Of a stretch of DNA of 64,000 nt, positions 25,560-40,261 are shown one piece after another. A model generated the notes under the pieces. It saw only the letters and a list, made by a program, of their open reading frames with translations, ran no database searches and was not told the DNA's origin. The DNA lies in contig OZ076409.1 in NCBI GenBank assembly GCA_964187785.1, positions 71,984,001 through 72,048,000 on the forward strand, written 5' to 3'. This DNA comes from Amphiscolops sp. MND2022. Lineage: Eukaryota. Position numbers and translations under genes: made by a program. Each line of letters opens with the position of its first letter. Position 1 is the stretch's first letter.

Positions 25560-27547
25560 GTGGGCGGGGGTAATTCCCCAACAAAAATTACGGCCGGCGG
25601 GTTGGGTCCTGCCGGACGTTCAAATAGCGCGAAGCATCTAGTAGAAAACAAGGAGTCCTGAAACAGCGATTTTAAAATTGAACCGTTAGAATTTGGTTTT
25701 AGATTGCATGCGGCCCTAAAATCCCCATACGAATGGAAGTTCCTGCTGGCGTTAAGCGATTGAAATAATATATAAAAAGTTATGGCCCATTTTTGGGTCA
25801 CCGAGAAGGTCAAAATGAAGAAAATTTTAACTAAGTTGCTGATAACTCAAAATGTGTTAATTTTTGGACTTTGACTGTGAAACAAGCTTGGAACCTTCAT
25901 TTCGTGGCTGTGGCATTGCACTGAACACAAAAGATGTAAAGTTTTCACATTTTTTGAAAATTCGACATTTTTGAATTTTTTTTCACTACTATCAGTACAC
26001 TATATGTCAAAAACACCTCTGAAAAATTTTTTTATTTGCTTAAATTTAGAAACCTCGGTATCCATGGTTTCCGTCAGTACCTACTCGCTGCCAAACACTC
26101 AACAGTTTGCATCCAATGTGAAAATAAAATTTTTTTCGAGGTCTTAGGTGTTTCACAAGGATTTCTCAACTTAGTATCAATTTACAAATTGGTCATTTTG
26201 AACACATTATTTTCATCGAAGCGTGTCATATACCGCCCTAATGCTCACGAACGGGCCTACTGGCAACGTTGGAACCATTTATAGTAATAAAAAGTTTTAA
26301 AAAATTTTTTTTCACCCCGTCTTCAGTCATTTTACACACTTTCGGAACTTAACTTAGAAAAATATCAACCAAAAACCCATTTTTTGTCAAGTCGAAAATT
26401 GAAATTCAGCTTTTTGGGCAAAATTAATAAATCTGACATAACCAGTGGGGCCCATGAAACTCAAAACCACGATTGAGACTGGTATCAATGGCTCCAATAA
26501 CATATGAGTCGCGATAAGACGCTATTTTGAGCAAAACATCTCAATTGAGGTAAAGATCTCGCAAGCCAGCGATCACTGTGAAAAGTGATTTCATCAAAAA
26601 TTTACTCTTTTTTGTCAATCACTATGTGCACAGAATGCGTAGGGTGCGTTTCAGCACTATAATGAGGTTTTTGAAGGCATCGAGTTGCTCAAGGGGTGGT
26701 ATGAGACATTTTTGTCCCATATACTACTGTAGTTTCCAAAATTTTTACCCCAATATCTGGAAATACAAACTTGACAAAATACTTTCAACTACTTTATTCA
26801 AAGGTTACAATATAGATGAACACTGTGGTTGATAAGAAACTTTCATCTCTTTCGTTTTCGGAAATATTTCCGTTCGCATGTGTTACATTCATAGCAGAAA
26901 AAAAATCGAAACTGAAAAATACGCTATTTTGCTAATATAGAATCGCAATGATTGTGCCTAAAAACTCTTTAAACACTTCTAACGCAACCTTACGCACCCA
27001 AAATGATCGAAAATGCTATTCACAATGGTGACATGTGCTCTTTCTACGATCCTGGCTGGACAAGGTTTGCATATTTTTCAAGTACCTGTCAGCTAAATCT
27101 TGTGATAGCCTTTTCAGTTGGCCTTGTGTCAACTTGGGAAGGCTATCACATCAAAAAACCACCAACAAAAATAATTTTTGTTTATTGGATCTTACAGTCG
27201 ATACTTTTTTTCGTGATTCTATACTACCGTTAGTATATTTCATCAGGTCACCTTACGATTGCATTCAGTCTTTGATAAAAACCTATGAACTCAAAGTCAC
27301 ATTTATATATTTTTTGCCAGAAAATAACATCAAAAATATCTAAAATATATAAAATAGAGTCTTTAACATTTTTACGTTTCAAGTTTTTGCCGTTATTAGG
27401 CCAATCAACGTCCTAGAGCCACATCCTGCCACATACTGTACAACGCCACATAGTGTTGCGACGTGCACAGTCTGTGGGCATGCCGAGGCATGCCCTTCGA
27501 CGACGTATGCCGAATACCGCGGGCCTACGCCCGCGCTCCCCGGCTAG
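25560..27547 (+). repeat. Unit 11, class A (1988 bp)
   Basis: Very similar to unit 2. Confidence 0.92.
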
Positions 27548-29530
27548 GTGGGCGGGGGTAATTCCCCAACAAAAATTACGGCCGGCGGGTTGGGTCCTGC
27601 CGGACGTCAAATAGCAAAGAATATCTAGTAGGAAACGGCGACACAGAATCGCGATTTTTAAATCTAACCACAATTTTTTGGACTTGGAGTGCATGCGGCC
27701 CTGAAATGCCCATACGAATCGAAGTTCCTGCTGACGTTAAGCGATTGAAATAATATATAAAAAATTATGGCCCATTTTTCACTCACAAAGAAGGGTAAAA
27801 TGAGGAAATTTTTAACAAAGTCGCTGATAACTCAAAATGTGTTAATTTTTGGACATTGACTGTGAAACAAGCTCGAAACCTTCATTTCGTGGCTGTGGCA
27901 TTGCACTGAACACAAAAGATGTAAAGTTTTTACATTTTTTGAAAATTCGAAATTTTTGAAATTTTTTTCACTACTATCAGTACCCCATATGTCAAAAACG
28001 CCTCAGAAATTTTTTTTATTTGCTTTAAATTGGAAACCTTGGTATCCATGGTTTCTGTCGGATCCTACTCGCAGTCAAACACCCAACAGTTTGCATACAA
28101 TGTGAAAATAAAAATTTTTTCGGGGTCATAAGCGTTTCACAAGGATTTCTCAACTTAGTTTCAATTTACAAATTGGTCACATTGAACACATTATTTTCAT
28201 CGAGGCGCGTCAGATACCGCCCTAAAGCTCACGGACGGTCCTACTGGCAACGTAGCAACCATTTATAGTAATATAAAAGATTAAAAAAATTTTTTCACCC
28301 GGGCTTCAGTCATTTTTCAGTCATTCGGAACTTAACTTAGAAAAATTTCGACCAAAATACCCATTTTTTGTCAGGTCGAAAAATCAAATTCAGATTTTTA
28401 AGCAAAATTATTATTTCTGACGTAACTCATGGGGCCCATGATACTCAAAACAACGATTGACACTGGTATCAATGGCTCCAATAACATATGAGTCGCGATC
28501 GGACGTTATTTTGAGCAATACGTCTCAATTGAGGTAAAGATCTCGCAAGCCAGCGATCACTGTCAAATGTGATTTCATCAAAAATTTACTCATTTTTGTC
28601 AATCATTATGTGCACAGAATGCGTAGCATGCGTTTCAGCACTATAATGAGATTTTTCAATGCATCGAGTTGCTCAAGGGGTGGTACGAGACATTTTTGTC
28701 CCATATACTACTGTATTTTCCAAAATTTTTAGCCCAATATCTGGAAATACAAACTTGACAAAATACTTTCAACTACTTTATTCAAAGGTTACAATATAGA
28801 TGAACACTGTGGTTGATCAGAAACTTTCATCTCTTTCGTTTTCCGAAATATTTTCCTTCGCATGTGTTATATTTGTATCAGAAAAAAAATCGAAACTGAA
28901 AAATACGCTATTTTGCTAATATAGAATCGCAATGATTGTGCCTAAAAACTCTTTAAACACTTCTAACGCGACCTTACGCACCCAAAATGATCGAAAATGC
29001 TATTCACAATGGTGACATGTGCTCTTTCAACGATCCTGGCTGGACAAGGTTTGCATATTTTTCAAGTACCTGTCAGCTGAATCTTGTGATAGCCTTTTAA
29101 GTTGGCCTTGTGTCAACTTGGGAAGGCTATCACATCAAACAACCATCAACAAAAATAATTTTTGTTTATTGGATATTACAGTTGATACCTTATTTCGTGA
29201 TTCTATACTACCGTTAGTATATTCCATGAGGTCACCTTACGATTGCATTCAGACTTTGATGAAAACCTATGAACTCAAAGTCACATTTATATATTTTTTG
29301 CCCAAAAAATCATCAAAAACATCTAATATATATAAAATTGAGTCTTTAACTTTTTTACGTTTCAAGTTTCTGCCGTTATTAGGCCAATCAACTTCCTACA
29401 GCCACGCTCTCTGTCATACTGTACAACGCCACATAGTGTTGCGACGTGCACGGTCTGTGGGCATGCCGAGGCATGCCCTTCGACGACGTATGCCGAATAC
29501 CGCGGGCCTACGCCCGCGCTCCCCGGCTAG
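27548..29530 (+). repeat. Unit 12, class A (1983 bp)
   Basis: A interior; shares private variants (e.g. GCGATCGGACG) with unit 15. Confidence 0.92.
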
Positions 29531-32500
29531 GTGGGCGGGGGTAATTCCCCAGCAAAAAATACGGCCGGCGGGTTGGGTCCTGCCGGACGTCAAATAGTGT
29601 GAAACATCCAGTAGAAAACGGGGGTAATTATCAGCGATTTTAAAATTTAACCGTTAGAATTCGGACTTGGATTGCATGCGGCCCCAAAATGCCCATACGA
29701 ATCGAAGTTCCTGCTGACGTTAAGCGATAAAAACACTTTATAAAAAGTTATGGCCCATTTTACGTTCACTTAGAGAGGTAAAATGAGGAAATTTTTAACA
29801 AAGTTGCTGATAATTCAAAATACAATAATTTTTGGACTTTGACTGTGAAACAAGCTCGGAACAGTCATTTCGTGGCTGTGGCATTGCACTGAACACAAAA
29901 GATGTAAAGTTTTTACATTTTTTGAAAATTCGACATTTTTGAAATTTTTTTCACTACTAACAGTACCCGATATGTCAAAAACACCTCTGAAAAAAAATTT
30001 TATTTGCTTAAATTTAGAAACCTTGATATCCTTGGTTTCCGTCAGTACCTACTCGCTGCCAAACGCTCAACAGTTTGCATCCAATGTGAAATTTAAAAAT
30101 TTTTCGGGGTCATATGTGTTTCACAAGGATTTCTCAACTTAGTTTCAATTTACATATTGGTCATTTTGAACACATTATTTTCATCGAAGAGTGTCAGATA
30201 CCACCCTAATGCTCACGAACGGGCCTACTGGCACCGTTAGAACCGTTTATAGTAATAGAATTTTTTTAAAAAATATTTTCACCCGGTCTTCAGTCATTTT
30301 TCATATGTTCGGAACTTAACTTAGAAAATTTTCGACCAAAATACCCATTTTTTGACAGATCGAAAATTCAAATTCAACCTTTTAAGCAAAATTATTAACT
30401 CTGACGTAACCAGTGGGGCTCATGATACTCAAAAACACAATTGGGACTGGTACCAATGGCTCCAATATCATATGAGCCGCGATAAGACGTTATTTTGAGC
30501 AATACGTCTCAATTGAGGGAAACATCTCGCAAGCCTGGGATCACAGTTAAAAGTGATTTCGTCAAAAATTTACTCTTTTTCGTCAATCACTATGTACACA
30601 GAGTGCATAGGGTGAGTTTCGGCACTATAATGCGGTTTTTGAAGGAATCAGTCTGCTCAAGGGGTGGTATGAGACATTTTTTTTTGCATATAGTACTATA
30701 TTTCCTAAAACTTTTAGCCCATTATCTCGAAAAGCTCACTTCGCTAAATACTTTCAGTTACTCTATTCGAAGCTTAAAATATATATGAACACTGTGGTTG
30801 ATCAGAAACTCTTAACTATTTTGTTTTTGGAAAAAAACTGCCTTGCATGTGTTACATTAGTGGCAGGAAAAATACCAGTAGCTCCAAAAATCACAATTTA
30901 GGACGGACAGACCTGCTATGATGCAAAGCAAAAACGTTTCAACAACTTCTGACGCCATTTTTTTACCCAAGAGGTTCGAAATTACTATTAACAATGCTGA
31001 CATTCGCTATAAATAAGATCGAGGTCAATTTACTAACACTTAGGTTATACATTTATATCTGAGAAACCATTTTTTTAGGTCGCAATTTTAAATTTAGTTT
31101 GGGAAGCAATACTTTTCACTCTGAAGCAAACCGTTGGGCCCAAATTACTCAAAAACTACAAAAAGACTGTCACCATATGCCCTAATAGCATATGAGATTC
31201 GACTGTATGTTTTTAACACAAAAACTCTCATCCGAAGTAAACATGTTGAAAGCCTTGAATCACCGTGAGAAATGATTTCATCAAAAAATATTCCTTTTTC
31301 GTCAATCTTTATCTACACAGAACACGTTGTGTCATTTTCAGCCGTGAAATGAGCTTCTACCGTAATATGGGTTGCTCAAGGTGTTGTATAAGACAAAAAC
31401 TTCCTCTTTTCTACTATCTTCTTCAAATATTTCAACCCTTTGTCACAAGAAGTTAATATTCAAAATCTCTTTGAATATGTTTCTTTAGGTTGGGGTGAAG
31501 TGTTAGAACAATAACTATGATCGAAGAATGATAGTATTGGTGTTTGGACCATGTCCGGATGAACAAATTGCAAAATCATGAAAAATTTCTTACCATTTTT
31601 GGTTATTTTGACAGTACTAAAAATGTTAGCTGAAAAAGAATTTTTTCAATGGCACCATTGGATTCCTCTCAAAAAGTTAGCTATATGAACTGTGTAATAA
31701 CCCCGTATCTTTTCAATTTAAATAATTTTAAAAAGCGAACTTTTTTTACTAAAATCCTAAAAATCATACCATTTCCTAAAAAATTTCAAATGCCCCCCAT
31801 TTGACGTATAAGAATAGCACAGAAAACTATCACATACTGATCGACTCTACTTCCATTGTAGATTACCAGAATTTTGTTTAGAACAATTTTTGACGGATGC
31901 AAAAAAAATTTGAACCCTCCAAAAATGGGCCAAAATTACACGAAAAAATTGACCTTAAACTTTTAAAACCTCAAAAAATCATGAAAAACACAGCTTCTTG
32001 GGGTTCTATCAACTCCACGTGGTCCACAGAGTATGTTAAATCAAGTTTTACCCGTATTTGAGCAATATGTGAAAAAGCCGACTTTTTTGGGAATGAAAAA
32101 CATACCATTTTCTAAAAAATTTCAAATGCACCCCATTTGACGTATAAGAATAGCACAGAAAACTATCATTTACCGATAAACTCTACTCCCATTGTAGAAT
32201 ATTAGAAATTTGTTTAGAATGAGTTTTGATGGATAATAAAAAATTTTAAACCCTCCAAAAATGGGCCAAAAAAACACGAAAAAATCGACCTTAAAATTTT
32301 AAAATGTCAAAAAATCATCAAAACAACGGCTTCTTGGGGTTCTATCAACTCCACGTGGTCCACAGAGTATGCTAAAAGAGGTTTTACCTGTTTCTGAGCT
32401 ATATGTGAAAAAACCGACATTTTTGGGGAAGAAAAACATACCATTTCCTAAAAAATTTCTAATGCACGCCATGTGCCGTATGAGAATAGCACAGAAAACT

Positions 32501-34300
32501 ATCACATACCGATCAACTCTACTTCTATTGTAGATTATCAGATTTTTGTTTAAAACAAATTTTGATGGATATAAAAAATTTTTAAACCCTCCAACAATGA
32601 GCCAAATTAACACGAAAAAATGGACCTTAAAATTTTAAAATGTCTAAAAATCATCCAAACCACAGCTTCTTGGGGTTCTATCAGCTCCACGTGGTCCACA
32701 GAGTATGCTAAAACAGGTTTTGCCCGTTTTTGAGCAGTATGTGAAAAAGCCGACATTTTTGGGGAAGAAAAACATACCATTTCCTAAATAATTTCAAATG
32801 CACGCAATTTGCCGTATGAGAATAGCACAGAAAACTATCACACACCGATCAACTCTACTTCTATTGTAGATTATCAGAATTATGTTTTGAGTAAACTTTT
32901 ATGGATATGAAAAATTTTTATACCCTCCAAAATTGGGCCAAAATGACACAAAAAAATTGACCTTAAATTTTCAAAATGTCAAAAAATCATCCAACCCACA
33001 GCGTCTTGGCGTTCTATCAACTCCAAATGACCTTCAGAGTATACCAAACCAGGTATTGCCAATCTTTTGAGCAATATTTAAAAACACCGACTATTTGGCA
33101 AGAACACCATAATATGTTCCATATAAGAAGTGAATCATTCCACATATATACCCGGTCTTATATTTTTAAATTAGCGATAACATTTATACATGATGTTTTT
33201 TGAAAGTGAGCTTCATAAGAGGTTGAGATGTAATAATACGTAAATGGACCCTAAGTTTCATCGAAATCTCAATGGAATACGTCCAATCAACTTCAATCCT
33301 AACTATTATATAACAAGAAACACTTGAGTACATTCCATCTCCCCATCGGGGGAGATGAGAATGTACTTTTCAAAAGCCAAAAACTTCGAATTTTGAATAT
33401 TTTGTAACATTGTATGTAACTGTTGAAACGGCTGAACGAATAAAAAAGCTTCTAGTACCTTCATCAATTTTTGCTTCAGCTCCTATTTCTGCAGAACAAA
33501 ACCAAAAGACACACTTACCGCAGTTAAGTTCGATTGTATAACTCAGTGAACAAAGGTATGACTGAGGAAGTTCACAAATTGTTTCAAAAGTTTCCGGCCT
33601 TCCAAAATCATGAAACGTCCACACAACCAAGATAGCAAGTGAAAGAATGCTGAATGCACCTTATTAGATGAGATAAATAATGTGTGGAACTTGCCATTAT
33701 CTCAAGATGACGTTGATTTATGATCTTTTAAGGATAGTTCGATATGTGACCACAATAGTGGAAAACTTATTACTATTTGAAGAACACCGTGGAAAGCGTT
33801 CAGAAAGGACAGTATATTTGTTTCGAGCATGCATGCGTGTGTTCCGTGTGTTCCTTTGGTGACGTTAGCTTAGTGTACATGACGGAGGTATTCGAGAGAT
33901 TATGATAGAATTTACTCACAAGTTTTTTTAAATTCTCTATGCCGTTGAGTACATTCGTTAAGTACATCCATCCCCTTCTCTGGGAATGTACGTTTGCCAA
34001 ATGACTGTCATCCAAAATTCGTAATCCCGACGAGTTTAACTACATAAACATGTGATGAGCGTTTTCAATTCACAACCGATCAACATTTTTTTTCTCGAAA
34101 ATGATGATGGTTTTGATTTTGATGATGTCTTCTACTTTTATCATCATGCAAACGACCTTACCATGTCTCTCTTCTGTCGTCATTTGTACAACGCCACATA
34201 GCGTTCCGACGCCCACCGTCTGTGGGCATGCCGAGGCATGCCCTTCGACGACGTATGCCAAATGAGCCATACCCGCACTCTGGAGTGCGGTAGCGGCTAG
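29531..34300 (+). repeat. Unit 13, class L' (diverged L, 4770 bp)
   Basis: Colinear with L units but visibly diverged; 336-bp subrepeats at ~31765-33025 (register 31925, 32261, 32597, 32933). Confidence 0.9.
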
Positions 34301-36288
34301 GTGGGCGGGGGTAATTCCCCAACAAAAATTACGGCCGGCGGGTTGGGTCCTGCCGGACGTTCAAATAGCGCGAAGCATCTAGTAGAAAACAAGGAGTCCT
34401 GAAACAGCGATTTTAAAATTGAACCGTTAGAATTTGGTTTTAGATTGCATGCGGCCCTAAAACCCCCATACGAATGGAAGTTCCTGCTGGCGTTAAGCGA
34501 TTGAAATAATATATAAAAAGTTATGGCCCATTTTTGGGTCACCGAGAAGGTCAAAATGAAGAAAATTTTAACTAAGTTGCTGATAACTCAAAATGTGTTA
34601 ATTTTTGGACTTTGACTGTGAAACAAGCTTGGAACCTTCATTTCGTGGCTGTGGCATTGCACTGAACACAAAAGATGTAAAGTTTTCACATTTTTTGAAA
34701 ATTCGACATTTTTGAATTTTTTTTCACTACTATCAGTACACTATATGTCAAAAACACCTCTGAAAAATTTTTTTATTTGCTTAAATTTAGAAACCTTGGT
34801 ATCCATGGTTTCCGTCAGTACCTACTTGCTGCCAAACACTCAACAGTTTGCATCCAATGTGAAAATAAAATTTTTTTCGAGGTCTTAGGTGTTTCACAAG
34901 GATTTCTCAACTTAGTATCAATTTACAAATTGGTCATTTTGAACACATTATTTTCATCGAAGCGTGTCATATACCGCCCTAATGCTCACGAACGGGCCTA
35001 CTGGCAACGTTGGAACCTTTTATAGAAATGTAAAGTTATAAAAAAAAATTTTCACCCGGTCTTCAGTCATTTTTCAGTCATTCGGAACTTAACTTAGAAA
35101 AATTTCGACCAAAATATCCATTTTTTGTGAGGTCGAAAAATCAAATTCAGATTTTTGAGCAAAATTATTAACTCTGACGTAACCCATGGGGCCCATGATA
35201 CTCAAAACAACGATTGACACTGATATCAATGGCTCCAATAACATATGAGTCGCGATAAGACGTTATTTTGAGCATTACGTCTCAATTGAGGTAAAGATCT
35301 CGCAAGCCAGCGATCACTGTGAAATGTGATTTCATCAAAAATTTACTCTTTTTTGTCAATCACTATGTGCACAGAATGCGTAGGGTGCGTTTCAGCACTA
35401 TAATGAGGTTTTTGAAGGCATCGAGTTGCTCAAGGGGTGGTATGAGACATTTTTGTCCCATATACTACTGTATTTTCCAAAATTTTTAGCCCAATATCTG
35501 CAAATATAAACTTGACAAAATACTTTCAACTACTTTATTCAAAGGTTACAATATAGATGAACACTGTGGTTGATCAGAAACTTTCATCTCTTTCGTTTTC
35601 CGAAATATTTCCCTTCGCATGTGTAACATTCGTAGCAGAAAAAAAATCGAAACTGAAAAATACGCAATTTTGCTAATATAGAATCGCAATGATTGTGCCT
35701 AAAAACTCTTTAAACACTTCTAACGCAACCTTACGCACCCAAAATGATCGAAAATGCTATTCACAATGGTGACATGTGCTCTTTCTACGATCCTGGCTGG
35801 ACAAGGTTTGTATATTTTTCAAGTACCTGTCAGCTAAATCTTGTGATAGCCTTTTCAGTTGGCCTTGTGTCAACTTGGGAAGGCTATCACATCAAAAAAC
35901 CATCAACAAAAATAATTTTTGTTTATTAGATCTTACAGTCGATACTTTTTTCGTGATTCTATACTACCGTTAGTATATTTCATCAGGTCACCTTACGATT
36001 GCATTCAGTCTTTGATAAAAACCTATGAACTCAAAGTCACATTTATATATTTTTTTGCCAGAAAATAACATCAAAAATATCTAAAATATATAAAATAGAG
36101 TCTTTAACATTTTTACGTTTCAAGTTTTTGCCGTTATTAGGCCAATCAACGTCCTAGAGCCACATCCTGCCACATACTGTACAACGCCACATAGTGTTGC
36201 GACGTGCACAGTCTGTGGGCATGCCGAGGCATGCCCTTCGACGACGTATGCCGAATACCGCGGGCCTACGCCCGCGCTCCCCGGCTAG
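34301..36288 (+). repeat. Unit 14, class A (1988 bp)
   Basis: Nearly identical to unit 17. Confidence 0.92.
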
Positions 36289-38272
36289 GTGGGCGGGGGT
36301 AATTCCCCAACAAAAATTACGGCCGGCGGGTTGGGTCCTGCCGGACGTCAAATAGCAGAAAATACCTATTAGGAATCGGCGACACAAAATCGCTATTTTT
36401 AAATCTAACCACAATTTTTTGGACTTGGAGTGCATGCGGCCCTGAAATGCCCATACGAATCGAAGTTCCTGCTGACGTTAAGCGATTGAAATAATATATA
36501 AAAAGTTATGGCCCATTTTTCACTCACAAAGAAGGGTAAAATGAGGAAATTTTTAACAAAGTCGCTGATAACTCAAAATGTGTTAATTTTTGGACATTGA
36601 CTGTGAAACAAGCTGGGAACCTTCATTTCGTGGCTGTGGCATTGCACTGAACACAAAAGATGTAAAGTTTTTACATTTTTTGAAAATTCGAAATTTTTGA
36701 AATTTTTTTCACTACTATCAGTACCCCATATGTCAAAAACGCCTCAGAAAAAATTTTTTATTTGCTTTAAATTGGAAACCTTGGTATCCATGGTTTCTGT
36801 CGGATCCTACTCGCAGTCAAACACCCAACAGTTTGCATCCAATGTGAATTAAAAATTTTTTTCGGGGTCATAAGCGTTTCACAAGGATTTCTCAACTTAG
36901 TTTCAATTTACAAATTGGTCACATTGAACACATTATTTTCATCGAAGCGCGTCAGATACCGCCCTAAAGCTCACGAACGGTCCTACTGGCAACGTAGCAA
37001 CCATTTATAGTAATATAAAAGATTAAAAAAATTTTTTCACCCGGTCTTCAGTCATTTTTCAGTCATTCGGAACTTAACTTAGAAAAATTTCGACCAAAAT
37101 ACCCATTTTTTGTCAGTTCGAAAAATCAAATTCAGATTTTAAAGCAAAATTATTAACTCTGACGTAACTCATGGGGCCCATGATACTCAAAACAACGATT
37201 GACACTGGTATCAATGGCTCCAATAACATATGAGTCGCGATCGGACGTTATTTTGAGCAATACGTCTCAATTGAGGTAAAGATATCGCAAGCCAGCGATC
37301 ACTGTCAAATGTGATTTCATCAAAAATTTACTCATTTTTGTCAATCATTATGTGCACAGAATGCGTAGGGTGCGTTTCAGCACTATAATGAGATTTTTGA
37401 ATGCATCGAGTTGCTCAAGGGGTGGTACGAGACATTTTTGTCCCATATACTACTGTATTTTCCAAAATTTTTAGCCCAATATCTGGAAATACAAACTTGA
37501 CAAAATACTTTCAACTACTTTATTCAAAGGTTACAATATAGATGAACACTGTGGTTGATCAGAAACTTTCATCTCTTTCGTTTTCCGAAATATTTTCCTT
37601 CGCATGTGTTATATTTGTATCAGAAAAAAAATCGAAACTGAAAAATACGCTATTTTGCTAATATAGAATCGCAATGATTGTGCCTAAAAACTCTTTAAAC
37701 ACTTCTAACGCGACCTTACGCACCCAAAATGATCAAAAATGCTATTCACAATGGTGACATGTGCTCTTTCAACGATCCTGGCTGGACAAGGTTTGCATAT
37801 TTTTCAAGTACCTGTCAGCTGAATCTTGTGATAGCCTTTTAAGTTGGCCTTGTGTCAACTTGGGAAGGCTATCACATCAAACAACCATCAACAAAAATAA
37901 TTTTTGTTTATTGGATATTACAGTTGATACCTTATTTCGTGATTCTATACTACCGTTAGTATATTCCATGAGGTCACCTTACGATTGCATTCAGACTTTG
38001 ATAAAAACCAATGAACTCAAAGTCACATTTATATATTTTTTGCCCAAAAAAATCATCAAAAACATCTAAAATATATAAAATAGAGTCTTTAACTTTTTTA
38101 CGTTTCAAGTTTCTGCCGTTATTAAGCCAATCAACTTCCTACAGCCACGCTCTCTGTTATTAGTACAACGCCACATAGTGTTGCGACGTGCACGGTCTGT
38201 GGGCATGCCGAGGCATGCCCTTCGACGACGTATGCCGAATACCGCGGGCCTACGCCCGCGCTCCCCGGCTAG
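36289..38272 (+). repeat. Unit 15, class A (1984 bp)
   Basis: Close to unit 12. Confidence 0.92.
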
Positions 38273-40261
38273 GTGGGCGGGGGTAATTCCCCAACAAAAA
38301 AATCGGCCGGCGGGTCGGGTCCTGCCGGCCGTCCAAAATCAAAATCCTCCTAGTAGAAAACGGCATGTCAAACGAGCTATTTTTTTATTTAACCATTAGA
38401 ATTTCACCATTTTTTGCATGCGTCCCTGAAATGGCCATACAAGACGAAGTTCCTGCTGACGTTTTGCGATGTAAATGTTTTATAAAAAGTTATGGTCGAT
38501 TTGTCATTCACCTAGAAGGGTAAAATGAGGAAAATTTTAACAAAGTCGCTGATAACTCAAAATGTGTTAATTTTTGGACTTTGACTGTGAAACAAGCTTG
38601 GAACCTTCATTTCGTGGCTGGGGCATTGGACTGAACACAAAAGATGTAAAGTTTTTACGTTTTTTGAAAATTCGACATTTTTGAAATTTTTTTCACTACT
38701 ATCAGTACCCCATATGTCAAAAACACCTCAGAAAAAAATTTTTATTTGCTTTAAATTGGAAACCTTGGTATCCATGGTTTCTGTCGGAACCTACTCGCAG
38801 CCAAACACCCAACAGTTTGCATCCAATGTGAAAATAAAAATTTTTTCGGGGTCATAAGCGTTTCACAAGGATTTCTCAACTTAGTATTAATTTACAAAAT
38901 GGTCATTTTGAACATAATATTTTCATCGAGGCTTGCCGGCTATAGCCTTAATGTTCTAGAACGGTCCCACTGGCAACGTAGCAACCATTTATAGTAATAT
39001 AAAAGGTTAAAAAAATTTTTTCACCCGGTCTTCAGTCATTTTTCAGACATTCGGAACATAACTTAGAAAATTTTCGACCCAAATACCCATTTTTTGTCAG
39101 GTCGAAAATTAAAATTCACCTATTAAAGCAAAATTATTTACTCTGACGTAACCAGTGGGGCCCATGATACTCAAAAACACCATTGGCACTGGTACCAATG
39201 GCTCCAATAACATATGAGTCGCGATAAGACGTTATTTTGAGCAATACGTCTCAATTGAGGTAAAGATCTCGCAAGCCAGCGATCACTGTGAAATGTGATT
39301 TCATCAAAAATTTACTCATTTTTGTCAATAACTATGTGTACAGAGTGTGTAGGGTGAGTTCCAGCACTATAATGAGGTTTTTGAAGGCATCGGGTTGCTC
39401 AAGGGGTGGTATGAGACATTTTTTTCCTATATACTACTGTGTTTTCCAAAACTTTTAGCCCATTATCAGGAAAAAATAATTTGACAAAATACTTTCAACT
39501 ACTTTATTCAAAGGTTACAATAAAGATGAACACTGTGGTTGATCAGAAACTTTCATCTCTTTCGTTTTCCGAAATAATTCCCTTCGAATGTGTTACATTT
39601 GTAGCCGGAAAAAAAACCGAAACTAAAAAATACGCGATTTTGCTGAGATAGAACCGGGATAATTGTGTCTAAATACTCTTTAAATACTTCTAACGCGACC
39701 TTACGGACCCAAAAGGATTAAAAATGCCACTCACAATGCTGACATGTGCTCTTTCGACGATCCTGGCTGGACAAGTTTTGCAAATTTTTCAAGTACCTGT
39801 TAACTGAATTTTGTGATAGCCTTTTAAGTTGGCCTTGTGTCAACTTGGGAAGGCTATCACATCAAAAAACTTTCAACAAAAATACTTTTTGTTTATTGGA
39901 TATTGCTGTCGATACCTTTTTTAGTGATTCTATACTACCGTTAGTATATTCCATTAGGTCACCAGACGATTGTATTCAGTATTTGATAAAAACTTATGAA
40001 CTCGAAGTCTTTTTCATATGTTTTTTGTTCAAAAAAATTATCAAAAAAATTTATATTATAAACAATTGAGTCTTTAACTTTTTTATTTCCCAATTTTCCA
40101 GTGTTATTAGGCTCATCAACTTCCTACTGCCACATCCAGACATTAGTACAACGCCACATAGTGTTGCGACGTCCACCGTCTGTGGGCATGCCGAGGCATG
40201 CCCTTCGACGACGTATGCCAAAAATAGCGCCCTCCGCGGTCACTACCGCGGTAGCAGCTAG
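38273..40261 (+). repeat. Unit 16, class A (1989 bp)
   Basis: 5' ~480 bp closely match the start of L unit 1; the remainder is A type. Confidence 0.92.
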
